DNA of 61,130 nucleotides, counting the filler, from Gonapodya sp. JEL0774 (taxonomy: Eukaryota), in NCBI GenBank assembly GCA_027604505.1. It is 5 parts of 5 records of this genome, joined end to end, with 100 filler letters (N's around TTAATTAATTAA, not from the genome) between each part and the next. Parts side by side here need not be neighbours in the genome. Positions count along the whole stretch, not along the records: positions 24,605 to 36,732 come from JADIIX010000345.1; positions 36,833 to 48,946 come from JADIIX010000346.1; 3 more parts are not named here. One strand, written 5' to 3'. Both the position numbers and the translations under genes were made by a program. This document shows, piece by piece, positions 24,605 through 38,067 of this stretch (within the stretch, counting starts at the first letter, position 1; each line of letters starts with the position of its first letter). The notes beneath the pieces were generated by a model. That model saw only the letters and a list, made by a program, of their open reading frames with translations. It made no database searches and was not told the origin of the DNA.

Positions 24605-27519
24605 ATACCGTCGTTCGGAAGTGCGACCGAACAAAGTCTAAACTGTTATCCACAATCCCTTCTGCATTGAATATCGTCAGATCCTGAAACTTCGTCGAAA
24701 GCGCCCCGACAACAGATTCAGCATTGGAGGTATCATCAAGCGCGGTACCGTCTAGTTTTGCCGCGGCATCTACGAGGGAGTGTGGTGGTGTACCCGTGCT
24801 CACCTCGTACATCCGCCAAATGATGCCTGTTGACTCTCCCGCGACCCAGTCAACCAATCGGCTGCTCTCAGGATCGGAGGAGGGATTTATCACACTGTCT
24901 AACAACCGCTCAATCAAACGTGCCGCAGCTGAAAGATGTGAGGAATGAGGATTATATGGTAGCCAGGAGCAAGTCACGACCATCGGCACTGTTACTGAAA
25001 ACGTACTTCGAACACAATAGCACATAGAAAAACACACCTTTTCCTCGATCCATTGAGGAGCGGCCTTGTGTTTGACTGATCATACGCAGAACTTTGGCAG
25101 CTGTCGCGATCTGGGCTTGAGTCTGTCTGATAAATTGAAGGAGGACTTCCGCTTGGGGCATCACTGAGTGCTCTCCGTTTGCTGAGCGTACGGAGGTTCT
25201 GTAGTTTAGAAGCGCCTCCTTTGCGGCGATTATGAGAGGAATCACAGACATTCCCACTGTCCAGAGGTTTGCAGACAGAATCATGTTTTGTGAAGCATGG
25301 GGGTATCAATTAAGATCATCGATGGGAGAAAAGAAAGACATCGCAAAAGGTTTCCAACGTACGACTAAAACCCCCTCCAGCAAAGAGAAGCTCCTGAAGT
25401 TTTTGTTCGCCATGAATTATAAGGAACTCGTCTATGGCTGCAATTGCGACTCGTACGTGATCAAGGCAAATAACGAATGCTGGGCTCGCGACCCATGCTT
25501 GGATAAACGGAGCTGTGTCGTTGCTATCCGATAAAACCTGTTTTGGTGCGACGCAGCAATTTGTGTTACTTGGTGCATTCCTACAATTGGCGGGATACGG
25601 CGAAGGCAACCCACCTCATTGATATTAAAATTGCGAGAACCGGGCAAGGGAGCATGCCACAAACCCCACATGCAATGGTATTGAATGAAAAGAGAAAACG
25701 CCCAGGGTGTTCTAGCGATTATGTCGTCCCGAAAGTCTAATGATCTGGGTGTAGGTGGTGGTGGGACTCCAAGGATGTTGTGGAAACGCGCGAGCCAGGT
25801 GGACATGTCAAACATGATCGAGTCGTAGAGATCGTTTGAGGGGTGAAGGCGCTGAAATGAAAGGTCGAGAAATGAGAACGTGGTAATCAAAACGTCAACC
25901 GTGAGGCACGTAGAAGCAAACTTGGAGCAAATTTATATAGTGCGCTACGTACTTACATACTCCAAAACTTTGCCAAAGCAATGGACACTCAAAACAGTAG
26001 TGAAAGCGAGTCGTCCGAGGAAAACGTTGCCTGTCGACTCAACCGGCCAAGTAGTTGTGTCCAGAAACGCCGCCAAAGTTGGCATTGAAAATAGCCTATT
26101 CACATCAACAGTAAGGACTTGCGAGAGTTTGAGAGATGGCGACAGGGCAGTATCAGATTGCGAGAGCCACACCGCTTCGTGGCAAGGACTATAGATCATA
26201 AAATTGTCACTACGGTGATATAATCGAGGGTCCCCAACCGAATTAACCTCAAAACCCACAGTGGCAGCGTCAATAGCGACATGTGAGACAATTTGCATCC
26301 CTCGTTTATCCAAGCCCCCATCATCTTATCAAAGAACGCCACAAACCAGCAAGTCCGAGATTTCTCCTCCGCAATGATGCGAGTAAAATCGATTCCAGAG
26401 GCTGAATCCAGAGCCTTCCCAATCTCATCTGGTGATTTGGGCGCTCTCATCCAGTGTACGATTGCAATACACTCTAACATGGTGACTCTTGCAGGCCTCA
26501 AGTCGACTCCTGTGAGTAAGAGAATTGCGACATGGAACAGTGTTTGGAGCTTGTCAAGGCTGGGTGGCTGACAAAGGACTTGAGGCAGTACCCGAGCCAA
26601 GCGCATTGTGATGGCGCTCTTATCCGTGAAACTATAGAGCGGAGACTCAGTGTCAAACTGACACCCGAGACTTAAAATGCTGTCGCGGAATGAAAAGACA
26701 GTCATTGCTGGAGCAATAACAGTGAGAACCACTCAAAAGCTATTCCAGGACATACCTGAGAAGCAGTGGCGTATTGCTGGTTCTATTCGCCTGAAAAAAT
26801 CGCACTTGGTGTACTATAGCGAAGGTGGCAGACATGCGTTCAAAGTAAGAAGCGATCATGTTGTTGCAGTCCGCGAAGCCGGGGAGGGGAGGTAGATCAT
26901 CAAACGGAGATAAAGATCGAGTAATAGAGTTTCCGAAGGGTGAATGGCTCTGGAAGATGAGCTGCCTCAACTCCAGGGGAAGTTCATATGGAAAGTGGTG
27001 TGACTGATAGATGTTGCAGAGCAAACTATAAGAAGGATCTTCTATCCTGCATTCCCATCGATTTGACGGAAGCGTCCCAAGAAATTGGGCGAACGTCGCC
27101 TCGAATAGAGTTTGGGAAGGCTGCCGGGGAAACAGGCGCAGTTCTTCCTTCCGTTCACCATTAGATGCAGACAATTGATCCCACAATCCCGTACGCTCTT
27201 CGGATTCCGATGCACTGCTACTTGAGATAGATAGCGATGGACTCCCCTCCTCTTCTTTTGACTCAGATGGAGAATATGGGGTCTGTCGCTTTCGGGTGGA
27301 TCGTTTTTTATCAGTCGCCCGCAAACCCAGAAGCGCTTCAAGCCTACTTAGTCGATCGATGGGGCTTTGTGATGAGTGGAAATCCGGAATTGGGAAGACA
27401 TTGCTAGTTGGTAACTAGTTATGCGATATGATGGCTCTCGCTGGGAGGGCTCACCGGTCCGGTTTTGGAAGTGGTATTGCTCTTCTCTTCTCTTTCGGTT
27501 TCTGTCGATTTATTGACAT
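24605..27519 (-). CDS. Fungal-specific transcription factor domain protein (multi-exon, 3' truncated)
   Basis: RLSRLEALL coil, LPPLP...MIASYFERMSATFAIVHQVRF and EEKSRTCWFVAFFDKMMG match the Fungal_trans middle homology region. The start is tentative. Confidence 0.7.
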
Positions 27520-27930
27520 TCCCTTGCGGATTAGTGATGGCTTTCGACCGTGAGGACCAGTATAATTCAGAAGTTCATACATACAGTAATAGGAACACGT
27601 ATTTGTTTATGCCACTACCACGCAACCTCAGCCACAGCTTGATCAAATTGGCCACGTTCATCATGCGTGCAAAAAGAACGATGCAGTCACTGCGATGTCA
27701 TAATGCGACGTTCATTTTCTGTTGTTTTTCATGTTATACAGTTTGTAGCAACTATGTAATCCTGCAAAAGGCGAGCATGTATTGTTGCTTGCTCCAGTAT
27801 AAATTAGATCGGTATGAGTTTGCGATGCAAGTCCGGGTAGATGCTCTCAATTGCGCGTTGAATGTTCGCTGGTAACGTCAGATGAGGAGGAAGGGCTGCT
27901 CTATCAGATCAACCTCTAAATCGAGACCAA

Positions 27931-29212
27931 CTATCCCATCAGCTTGAACTCACGAGTCAGTCTATCAAAGACCGCGATAGCCATCTCCTTGTAAGCTCTA
28001 CTCGCTCGATTGGTCACTTGAGGCATTGGTATGATGTCTGCCTCAAGATTCGGACTCGTAACCCAGTAGCTTTTGGTGTCCAGGAGAGATTCGAGTAGCG
28101 CAGCAACAATACTCCAGACATCACTGGAGGTTATAGTCCGACCTAGAGATCCGGATACGTTGTCTGTTGCGACGCCGGCGATAAAATACGACAAAGATTG
28201 AACGGCATTGAGTTCGGAACATTTTCCACTTCGTACCCCGGCAACAATTTCACCACAAAATGCTCTGGCCACGGCCGCAACGGTACCACGAGCCCACCCC
28301 ATGTTTCCAATTATAAGACCCGGTATTCGAGTACGCCCATTCTGGCTCCTAGAGAGCCAAATGAGAGTCGGAATAAGGCTTTCTGGGGAGGTGGGATTTG
28401 GGAATATGGTAGAACTATGACCAAGAAAGCGAAGTGGATGCCCGCCAAGCGAGGCCGATGTGCTGCAGCATATCCGCAACGGAAATACTGCTCAACATCA
28501 CGTACGAGTTCTCCACAGTCCTCAAGCTGCAGACTTACTGTCGCCACCAGACATGTCGAACAGCATCTTCCGCTAGATGCATGTCCGTCAACAAACCACT
28601 GAGGTCGGCAACTGCCTCTCGTGCTCGATTTGCGATCATGCGCTGAGAGAGCCCACCCCCGCCCCCACCAATTCCAGGTCCAGCTGATTCGTCGGCAGCA
28701 AAGCTAAACACCCGTGTAAGAGCGACAAGTGGAAGATTAAGGCCCGACAAAAAAGGTGCAAACACACGCCAGCCACGCTCAAAAGTTTGAGGGGGAGGCA
28801 ATGTGCTCCACGCCAACAGAAGTCTGTCCCCTCCATACGTTCTCCATGTCCGCAAGATATCCCAGGCAATGAGAGCTTGAGCTGGCGGAAGAAGATGGTG
28901 AGGATAAGGTGACTCTTCAGTGACGCGAGTGGTTCCGTGATTTTGAGCGATGCCCTTGGATACAAAACGCCCCAATCCTCGTCTCCCCCAGCGATTTTGA
29001 GTCTCATATACCGCAAACAACTCCAACGCCAGACCCATTCCATCGCAGTTCAAACAAAAATCGCGCACTTTCTCAAGTGCTACCGGTAAAGCAATCTCGC
29101 GGAAATCTAAAGACACGAAGAGCGACCGAAGCAGGTCTCGCAAGGGAAGGTGCACCAGAATGCTACGAATGAGCTCCGACGGAAGCAACATGAGGGTTCG
29201 GGGGTCCGACAT
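27931..29212 (-). CDS. F-box protein (2 exons)
   Basis: N-terminal LMLLPSELIRSILVHLPLRDLLRSLFVSLDFREIA. An intron from ~28539 (gtaagt) to ~28416 restores the frame into ORF 27931-28479. Confidence 0.7.
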
Positions 29213-29306
29213 ATTGGGTGTCGACTTGTGGGGCCGATCAATTCCCAGTCACCACCACCATGTGAATTGCAAATTTTGTACAACAAGCATGATAATCCGA
29301 TTCATT

Positions 29307-31182
29307 TTATCCTCTAAACTGCGCTGGTACTTCGGTGACAGACATCTTTCTGCCCCGTTTTCTGGGGGGGAAAACGATAAGGTGACTTAGAAGCGTTCCA
29401 ACTAGAACTCCCTTTCAAAATAAAGTGCGAATATAAAAGGAAGAGTTTTTATCACATGGAGCTTTGAATGCAGCATGATGCAATTGTTGGAACTCACCAT
29501 TGTTACCTTCAACACAGCGGCGACAAACTTCTCACTTGTGCTTTCTTTCCCGTGGATTCCTGGGGCATCTTTCCACATTCCAAGAACCCCTTGCAGTCCA
29601 AGAGACCCCGGGACGATGGTGAGTACGCCACATAGGTCGGGCGGACTGCTCGATCGCTCCAACATTTTGGCGTACAAGTTCGAGATAACACCGACCGCGA
29701 ATGCAGACGCAAAAGACGAAGTTTCTAGACATAAAATATAGCGAAGGTTAGCGTCGTGCATCACACGGTTCATAAAGTTCTCACCATATCCCGAGACTGA
29801 ACCGACCAGTCCGTTGACGAACCATCCCATCATCCCTGTAACAACGCTGATCGGAACTTGTCGCCACTGTTGAACCACTTGATTACTTGATCGGTCATAG
29901 TTTCGTTATGCGAGAATGATCTTCTGGCTCACCGAACATTTGACAAGAATGCAAAAACATAGCGTCAAAGCCAGTACCGACGTGAGCGCAACCCCGAGAT
30001 TCAGGCCGTTTCCGCTTGTCAAATACTCCCAAAATTGTATGGTATCGATTAGAGGCTTGTTGCAAACGGTCGAAATGTCACTTGGGAGCCAGAAGGCCAA
30101 AGTTTGTCCGATGTGGATGCCAAACCCTTTTGTCATGTAACAGTGTTCTGAATTCAGAGCCATGTCGAGAATCACAGCACAAAAACCATATCCACTCACC
30201 GATCAAAACTATCTGAACAACTGCTCCCGACCACTTTGCCACTCCGCTGATGGTGTTACCCGTCGCCACCTCGAGAACGCTCTCCACCAATTCTAATCCA
30301 GGAAGCAGGAAGACTATAGATCCCATGAGCAAAGTCCCAAAGCACTGATCGTAAGGCGCTCCAGTAAAGTAGTACGATAATATCCGGGCAGCAAATGATC
30401 CCGCTGCGGCTGAAAAGAAGTCTAAGAGCACGGTGAAGTCTCTTGATCCGAGAATTGCGAATGGCCGCCCTCTTCCTATCAGAACGTTGGAGAGCGACGG
30501 TAAACATTGAATAACGCCCAGAAGCAATCCAATCGGAAATGTAAGAGCAAGAGAGAGCCACTATGCAATGCGTATTGCCGAGAAGAATGAATAAGGGCGT
30601 GCAAGTTTCAAAATTAAAATTGATTAAGGAAACACCGCACCGCTTGTGAAAGCTCACATTTCCACCGAAAAAAAGGATACTCGAAAAAGCCGCTTGAGTT
30701 GGAAAAGCCACAAAGTTCGAAACTGCGTCTGCAAAGGTCGATCTCTTTTCGTTGATGATTTGCAATCTTTTCTCTGTTGTTTCGATAGAGATCTCTCCAT
30801 TCTTCATATCCACTATCAACTGAGTAATCTCCTCCAGCTTCTCCATATTCCACTGCCCAGACACGTTGTGGAACGAAGTGGTGGCGATGTCCGCGGTTCG
30901 CCCCCCGGGAAATCTCAAGACGGTTTTAAATCCAGCCAGAAGTGTCTCGTGAAGAACAATTAGCCGCCCTACAGGAAGTCCGATTGCTTCTGCTACGGTG
31001 GCCATGTACTTTTCCAATCGATAAATGGGCGATCCACATGCAACGAGGCTTTTCGTAAGTTCGATCAGCAGGTCTTGTTTGCGAAGTTCGACGATAGGAT
31101 CGGACGACTCTCCTCCAGGGGACGATTGTCCGTTGAGGAGAAAGGAAGTCTCGCTGGTGTCACGGCCGTTTTCATGCGCCAT
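29307..31182 (-). CDS. ThrE/Prm10 (DUF1212) family multipass membrane protein
   Basis: LLIELTKSLVACGSPIYRLEKYM, NMEKLEEI, SIVFLLPG..L...LE.ATGNTISG and LTIVPGSLG, with many hydrophobic segments. The last exon ends ...AQFRG*. Confidence 0.85.
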
Positions 31183-31401
31183 CTATGGAAAAGTAGCAAT
31201 TCGTGTGTCTCGATAATGACTGTGTGAAAGCGAGGATGGATGACGTGGCCTCGGCGGGTGCAAGAGTTTCCAACGAATGCGGTTGCATTGAGAAAGTATC
31301 TACATAGTGATAATGCAAGCCCGAACAGATACTCTAATCGAAATCCAGGTAGCTCGATAGTTTAGTGAACGTGTCATTGTACGAGGCTGACCCACTCCAT
31401 A

Positions 31402-33551
31402 TCACTCGATGCCGAACAGATCTTTGGCGCGCTGTACCGCAGTGACATCCCCCATATACTGAAACAAGAAAACCAGAGTGATGACAACGCTCTCGGGAGG
31501 GGAAGCAAATACGTTTCAGCACGCACCTTGTTGGGCTCGTCCGAGAGTTTGATGACGTTGGTTCCGTTGACGGAGTAGAGCTTGATCACAATATTGAGCG
31601 GACGAGACTTGACGTTCGGATCAGAGAGTAACCTAGCATGAAACAGCGCCAGCGCGAAGAATGTTGGGAGTTGCTGGTTTGATTAAAGGGGCGCTAGAGC
31701 AGCACGTGCTCGTCTACCACACATACCGGTAATCATTAGTCAGGTTCGTCCCGATTCCAAACCGCGGGTCCACTCCGTACTTGTCACAGTAGTTCTTGTA
31801 CTCGATACATCTATCAATATTGAGCGCGTCGGAGAAGATGATAGTCTTTGTGGCGGGATCGATGCCCAAGGAACGGTAGTGCTCGACAGCACGTTCAATG
31901 AATCGGATGGCGGAGCCCGAGTCGTGACGTACACCTCTAAATCAGAGAGGCGATGTCGGTGTGAAGATGGATGGGTAGGGAGGCTTTGGATACTACGCTC
32001 ACCTGTATCGAGTCGCGAGATCGATACCAAAGTCCCGGAAGAAAGGTTCCGAGCCGAAAGTGTCGGAAAGAGCGATCGAGAATTCGGGTTGCGGGTACGT
32101 CTCGAGCCACTAGCACAGGTAACGAACAGAACCCCGTTGGTCTGGATAGTATTTGCGAAAAGTACGATTCGAGGACCTACCTTTTCAAGCGCAGCTCTGT
32201 TAGCATGAACAAGACCGTGCTCATTCAGTGCCGAAAGCGCCATCGTCCACTCGTGGGCGACGGTGCCGACCGGCCGTATACCGTAAATCATCGCAAAGTG
32301 GACGTTACTCGTCCCCGAGAGGTGGGAAAAGTGCCTGTGATACTTCGCGAGTTCATCCCGGTGGATTCTGGCCATTTCTCGCACGAGAATTTCGTGGGCG
32401 CGGTAGGAACGTCTCCGGCGGGTGCCAAAGTCGGAGAAGTACACGTCGTTGTCGATGAGGCGGCGGAGTTTGGCGTGGGTAGCTTCTTGTTGGCCCTCGT
32501 AAGACCAGTCAGTGTCCATGTACTCGAAAAAGGTTTCGGAGAGGAGGTGGAGGATGGGGACTTGTGGGGAGTCGTCAGCAGGATATTGTATGATAGACTT
32601 CCCAAGGATCATTCCTCAGGGCACAAACCTTCGTAGAGAATGGTTTCGAGCCATAATCCTTTGATAACAATATCAATGAGGCCCGTTGTCTCGTCAAAGG
32701 TCAGTACAATCTACAACGGCGCGAAGCAATTGTCATGGAGGCCTTCATCTTCCATTTAAGCGAGATAAAACAGCCAACTCACTTGCTCTTTCGGCCGGAA
32801 ACGAAACTTGTCCAGGTATTCGACGTACTCTGGACGGAGGTATGTGTGCTCCTTTTCGATCCATGACTTTTCCTCAGGTGTCAGGAAAACCTTCTCCATG
32901 TCTACGACGCGAAACATTAGTTTCAAAACATGGTCATGGTTGAGATATGCTACCGTCACCTCTGGCCTACAGTACCATGTATTTTACGCTGAAAGGCCAC
33001 AAAGGCTTCGGGTGAGAACTTGTCGCGGTCGGGGCTTCGGGTCTTGAACCTGTACTCGACAACCGTATCGGGAAACTGTTCGAAGACAGCTTGCTGCATT
33101 GTGAACTGGCGTGTTTTTTTGGTTGGGGTGTCGACGGGACAGCAACATGGACATTCGTTGTGGTGGGTGAGTTCTTGGAGGTTGGAACAAGGCAAAACTG
33201 AGTCCTCCCAGAAATCACCTTGTACAAATCATTGTCCAGGATGCTCTGCAATCCCGATGGTCCAGATTTGTCCGGAGCGTCGACATCGTACGGTCGGACG
33301 GGAGGCTGTAGTTCATACCCGTCAGTTGGATCTCAGACACCAATCACTCGCGCACGATCGGCTTTTACGTGCGAGCTCGGGATCCATACCTGGTAGGTAC
33401 GAGAAATAAACGACGCCGCGGGTGAAACGACGGCGGCGGCTGGGGAGTTCCGAGGATACGATTCCTCGTCCCCGTTTTCGTCGTTGAATGTATGGTTGGT
33501 AGAAATGGAGACAGGAGTGCGACTGTTTGGGACAGTTCCGTTTGCAGCCAT
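31402..33551 (-). CDS. NPT1: Nicotinate phosphoribosyltransferase (multi-exon)
   Basis: SILDNDLYK|FTMQQAV, FSDFGTRRRRS, GTSNVHFA, PVGTVAHEW and VIKLSDEPNK. Confidence 0.93.
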
Positions 33552-34326
33552 CGTGATGACCTGGTGAGAATGAGAGTGAGGTGGGTTTATGCTGGAGGAG
33601 GGTGCCGGCTTCGTCCCTTGTTATATATGGGGGCATCAACAGTTGATTTGCTGGCCACGGAACACATCTTATATCATATGCATATAAGCACACATCCACA
33701 AAGGTAGGCGAAGAAATTGCAAAACATACAGTCCGAATGCAGGTCGGGTACTTGTCTTCGTTCGCCGTTCGCCGGTGGCTACGACTGAGCCAATGATAGC
33801 CCCGCACTCCTCGGCCTTCCATGTCATATCTCAGTTGCTAGTGAAATACGGGGACTTCTCATCTCTTCCACTTACAACGTGTCACAGCACCCAGACTTGC
33901 AACGTTGTTCACAAACTCCGTTGTATTACATACCACAAAAAAGACTGCATACTGCTCTAAACTGTCAGAGTATTACATGGCTAGATGCTGAATGAAAACG
34001 AAGAATCAGCACAAGAATCATAAATAGTGGAGGGGGACTACAAAGCTTAATCGGTTACTGGTACAAACTGGCGGAGTAAGAACGAACCAGCTCAGTCACA
34101 GGCAATCTTCAGTGGCGTTCAGATTCACTAACGGAACTGTATAAGTTACCGAAATGGAAATGAATTGGAGGTTCAACCGATGGGGCGGTGTCTGTCGTAC
34201 TGTCCTATCATGACCGAAGTCCCGACCTCCCACCCTTTTTGACCCCTGGCAAAATCAGACGAACTCCGGTGGGGTACGCTCGAAGATTTCTTTTGCCGTG
34301 CCAGCTTGAAGCTCAGCATCGGTGCC

Positions 34327-35346
34327 ATGGCTGGATTTGGGACCTTCTATGGCATGCAACGAGTAGCGAGAGAACGGGAGAACAGCCGTGGAGGTCGAGG
34401 TCTCGTTTGCTTGCCTTTATCGGGACGCTGTCTTTCCCGCTTCCTGCGACTCGATCAACCTTCACTGGTACCGCTGCTGTGTCTCCTACCACTCGCCTTC
34501 GCCCCCAGCCACCTCGTTCATGCTCAATCCTCAACATCGACAGGGGCAGTACCGTCAGCCAACTCCACAAACCCCGAACCGTCAAGCTCTTCGTCTCCCT
34601 CCACCGCCCTCATCGCCATTATTTCAGCAGCAGTCGTTGTCGTCGTCGGTGCTGTCGTCACCGCCATCGCCGTGTACGTCCTCCGTCGGAGACGTGGTCC
34701 CTCCTATCTCGCCACCCGAAACCTCCGGTTCTCTACCGGTCCCACACAGCAGAATCGGATCGACTCTTCTACATCTGAAGGCAATGGGGGAGTCGGTGGG
34801 GTCCTTTCGTCGTTTTGGTCCTCCAAAGACTCGGACGACGCTGTGGGTCTCCAAGCGGACGGGGCAGCCCTGGCCATCGCCAACCGAGAGAGGATGAGAA
34901 TGCTCAGGAACAAGGAGCGTGAAGAACGGAGAAGCACAACGCTTTTACGGGACGCTGATGCCAACGAGCCCTTGACCGGGAACGGGACAGCAGAAGAGGA
35001 GGAAGCCAAGTTCGTCGCTGCTGCCGAACAGCTCAGGAGGACTCACACCATAGGCAGGTCCCGTCCGTTTGGACTCGGTAGAAAGGACACCATCGCAGTG
35101 CCCGTTGGATCCCGAGAGAGTGCCGGTGTGAGCAACGGGTCACCAACAACGGGTGGTGGCCGTGTTGCGAGTTTCGGCCGTTCAGGCAGCGGGCGAACCG
35201 CGGGGCGGGATCGACTTACCATGGTTGATTCGAATACACATCACTCAGAGACGAGTGGACTCTTTTCGGGGTTGGAAATGAGCGAACCGGTGGAAATGAA
35301 CGCGGTGGACGTTGAAGCTGCCAGGTCGTCGTCGCCAAGGCGATAA
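34327..35346 (+). CDS. Hypothetical single-pass (type I) membrane protein
   Basis: Long ORF with a signal-like hydrophobic stretch (LVPLLCLLPLAFAPSHLVHA), a short S/T ectodomain, a TM segment ALIAIISAAVVVVVGAVVTAIAVYVL followed by RRRR, and a charged tail. Confidence 0.7.
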   Translation: MAGFGTFYGMQRVARERENSRGGRGLVCLPLSGRCLSRFLRLDQPSLVPLLCLLPLAFAPSHLVHAQSSTSTGAVPSANSTNPEPSSSSSPSTALIAIISAAVVVVVGAVVTAIAVYVLRRRRGPSYLATRNLRFSTGPTQQNRIDSSTSEGNGGVGGVLSSFWSSKDSDDAVGLQADGAALAIANRERMRMLRNKEREERRSTTLLRDADANEPLTGNGTAEEEEAKFVAAAEQLRRTHTIGRSRPFGLGRKDTIAVPVGSRESAGVSNGSPTTGGGRVASFGRSGSGRTAGRDRLTMVDSNTHHSETSGLFSGLEMSEPVEMNAVDVEAARSSSPRR

Positions 35347-35819
35347 GAAGTTCAAGGGGTGATAGGTGATTCAAAATGGGGTCAAGGACGGGCTGAGATT
35401 TGTGAAAGCAAGGAGCGGTAAACGAGCAGGGTTATGTCCCAAGTTTCGTTTTGGGCAAACCGATTCGCGTGGACATTGTGTGGTCGCTCGTGGATGTACA
35501 GCTCCGTTATGTGGCTTGTAGATGGAGAATCAAGTTTGGATGACATCTTCCGATGGACTGAGCCGAAACATCCGACCAGGAACGGATCGTTCCGCATCTA
35601 GGACTATCACAACGACAGTCACGTCCGGGGCTATTGGGGGAATGCCCAGCATAGATATATGTGGCTAATTACAGTATTCATTTCATTCATTGAAGACGTA
35701 GATAATGAGAGCTCTGTATCAAATTGAGTCGAGTCCGAGAAACATGAGCCAGCAAAGTAAATGAAATCAGTCCACATCACTCCATGCTCCTCAGCCACCA
35801 CTCTAGTTGAATCTTATGG

Positions 35820-36732
35820 TTATTCACCCAGTCTCCCAACTGTCACCACTCGCCAACCTTTGCCATCCTCCCTCTCCTCCAATTCCAGTGTGTACGTGAC
35901 ACCAGCCTTGACCTGCAACTCCTTGGCATCACTAACGAGCCATGTTTGATAGACAGCATTGTAGCCCCACGGTCGGCGGGACTGGTGATGGAGATGATGG
36001 GATGATCGATCATGCTAGAGCTTAATTACAACAAGACTGCAACAGAAAGCTCACCACCCTCCAGGCTCCCTGCGCTGCTTCGCCATCGAATTCCACCTTG
36101 ATCATCCTGTCGTCCCCGTCCGCCCATTCGAAGGGTTTACCGTCCTCACCGACTTTTTCAAACGCCAACGTTCCCAGGGGCGAAGACGCAGGTCGTCCGG
36201 CCGTTGGTTGGAATGATTGAAATTGAACGATATGAGATGGAGCCATGTGCTGAAAGTCTTTACGGCGAGGAAACAAGGTTTGATGGAGTGTAGAGTTTGT
36301 AACGTATGTGATGCAGGGGGGGAGGGCAGGGGCGCCTGCAGAAGCAAATCCCCGCCATCCGTTGCATATGTAGGGAATTCACCAATCACAACGCACGCAA
36401 GGGGAACTTCCTTGATGTATGTCGATTGTTTCTTCAGGTCACGAAGGAGAGACGAATGGTAACGGAAAAGTGGCTATCCGGATGTCTACCCTGACGAAAG
36501 AGATCATCGAGAAACAAAGATGAACGCACCACGAACTACACGAACAGCTAAAAGAGAAAAGAGAGTGCTGAGAGTAAAGGGGATCGGGAGAAGGAGTACC
36601 GGCCACCAACCAGGAGAGCTGGAACACTTCGTACAATTCAATAATAATTCGTACTTTTCCTCCGGCTTTTCCCATGATCGGGTAGTCGGAATACTTTCAT
36701 AAATTACAATCACTTACAGCAAATGCAGCAGA
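35820..36732 (-). CDS. Hypothetical protein, 3' exons (5' truncated at contig end)
   Basis: Exon-like frames ...GKPFEWADGDDRMIKVEFDGE... and ...VTYTLELEEREDGKGWRVVTVGRLGE* with GT donors. Confidence 0.4.
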
Positions 36733-36832
36733 NNNNNNNNNNNNNNNNNNNNNNNNNNNNNNNNNNNNNNNNNNNNTTAATTAATTAANNNNNNNNNNNN
36801 NNNNNNNNNNNNNNNNNNNNNNNNNNNNNNNN
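36733..36832. other. Artificial contig linker
   Basis: N44-TTAATTAATTAA-N44. Confidence 0.98.
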
Positions 36833-36885
36833 CAGTTCAATCTCTCGGACCTTCTCCCGTCGGGCCTTCTTATTCTCCTCAATCT

Positions 36886-37637
36886 ATGGACACACTGCTC
36901 AACCTCCTCACTGATAAGGATCGGGCAAATAGAGAGCAGCTTGCCGAGCTGGATCATCTCAAGGCTCGAATTGAGGAGCTTTCAGTGACATACGTGGCGG
37001 CGGAGAATAAGGTCCGGGATGTGGAGACACGAAATTCGGAACTTGTTGCTCGGAACATGACCCTTGAAGGGGCAAACCAAGCGCTCCAATCACAATTGCA
37101 CTCATTCTCTGCAGAAATCAGTGCTCTTACCGCAACCATCACATCATTGGAGCAGGACAATGCTTTCCTCCGGTCTGAAATCGGTTCTCCGCGTGCCGCT
37201 TCAGTACCACGCGAACCTCTGCCACCCATCAAAATCAAGAAACTCATGCACGGTGTTGCTAATTTTGAAGCTCGAGAAGCCGACGAACTCAATATCTCAG
37301 TTGGGGACGAGATTTTTGTGAACATAGAGTTTGCTGACGGTTGGGGATCAGTAAGTGGACATGGTTCTCTGGTGCATGTTATCTACTACACTCTGTTCTT
37401 CTTGTTGAGTGGGCTCTCTCTACCCCTTTCCCCACGCAGGGCTTCAACACCACCAACGGGGCTGCTGGTGCTTTCCCAATGACCTTCGTCAGTAACACCC
37501 GCAACGGACTCACCCCCTTCCCACCTCCACTCCAAACACCTTCATTTAACCTCCGATACGACTCCCGTCTTCATGTCGTTCCACCTTCTCTACCTTCCAA
37601 CCCATTCTGCCTTGTCTCCAACGATCCGTCTCCCTAA
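36886..37637 (+). CDS. Coiled-coil + SH3 domain protein (possibly 5' truncated)
   Basis: Heptad-rich region, then VANFEAREADELNISVGDEIFVNIEFADGWGS|GFNTTNGAAGAFPMTFV. Confidence 0.8.
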
Positions 37638-38067
37638 TTGTCCCTGCTTAACCCTGACGTTGCTACCCCCCTCCAGGAGTTAGTAAAGCACACATGATCC
37701 TGGGGACGATGTGGCAGGAGGGTCCAATTGGAGGAATGAGGAATGAGCGACATGGTGGCACATTGAGGCGAGTGGAAGCATCGGTTTCTGTTCGTTTTTT
37801 TGCACTCGCGTGGTGTTCATGATGCTAGTGTGACAGAGTACATGTATTGATACAGTATTTATTCAGATTTGAGTAAAAGGCAATGTTCTTCCGACCCTCC
37901 ATGTTTGCGCGGTGTTGTTGCGCAATTCACTTCGATTATCGTTATGATAATGAATCATAGCGTTATACTGATTACTGATGATGGCTGACATGATACAGCA
38001 ATCACATTCATTAGTTTAATTTTGTATTATTCGTCATGAAAAACAAAACGCTCATGCGAATATCTTA

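Noticed and set aside
24505..36732. TF + transporter + NPT1 as element cargo or a metabolic cluster
   Set aside because: A separate contig beyond the TIR and linker, with ordinary unrelated genes.
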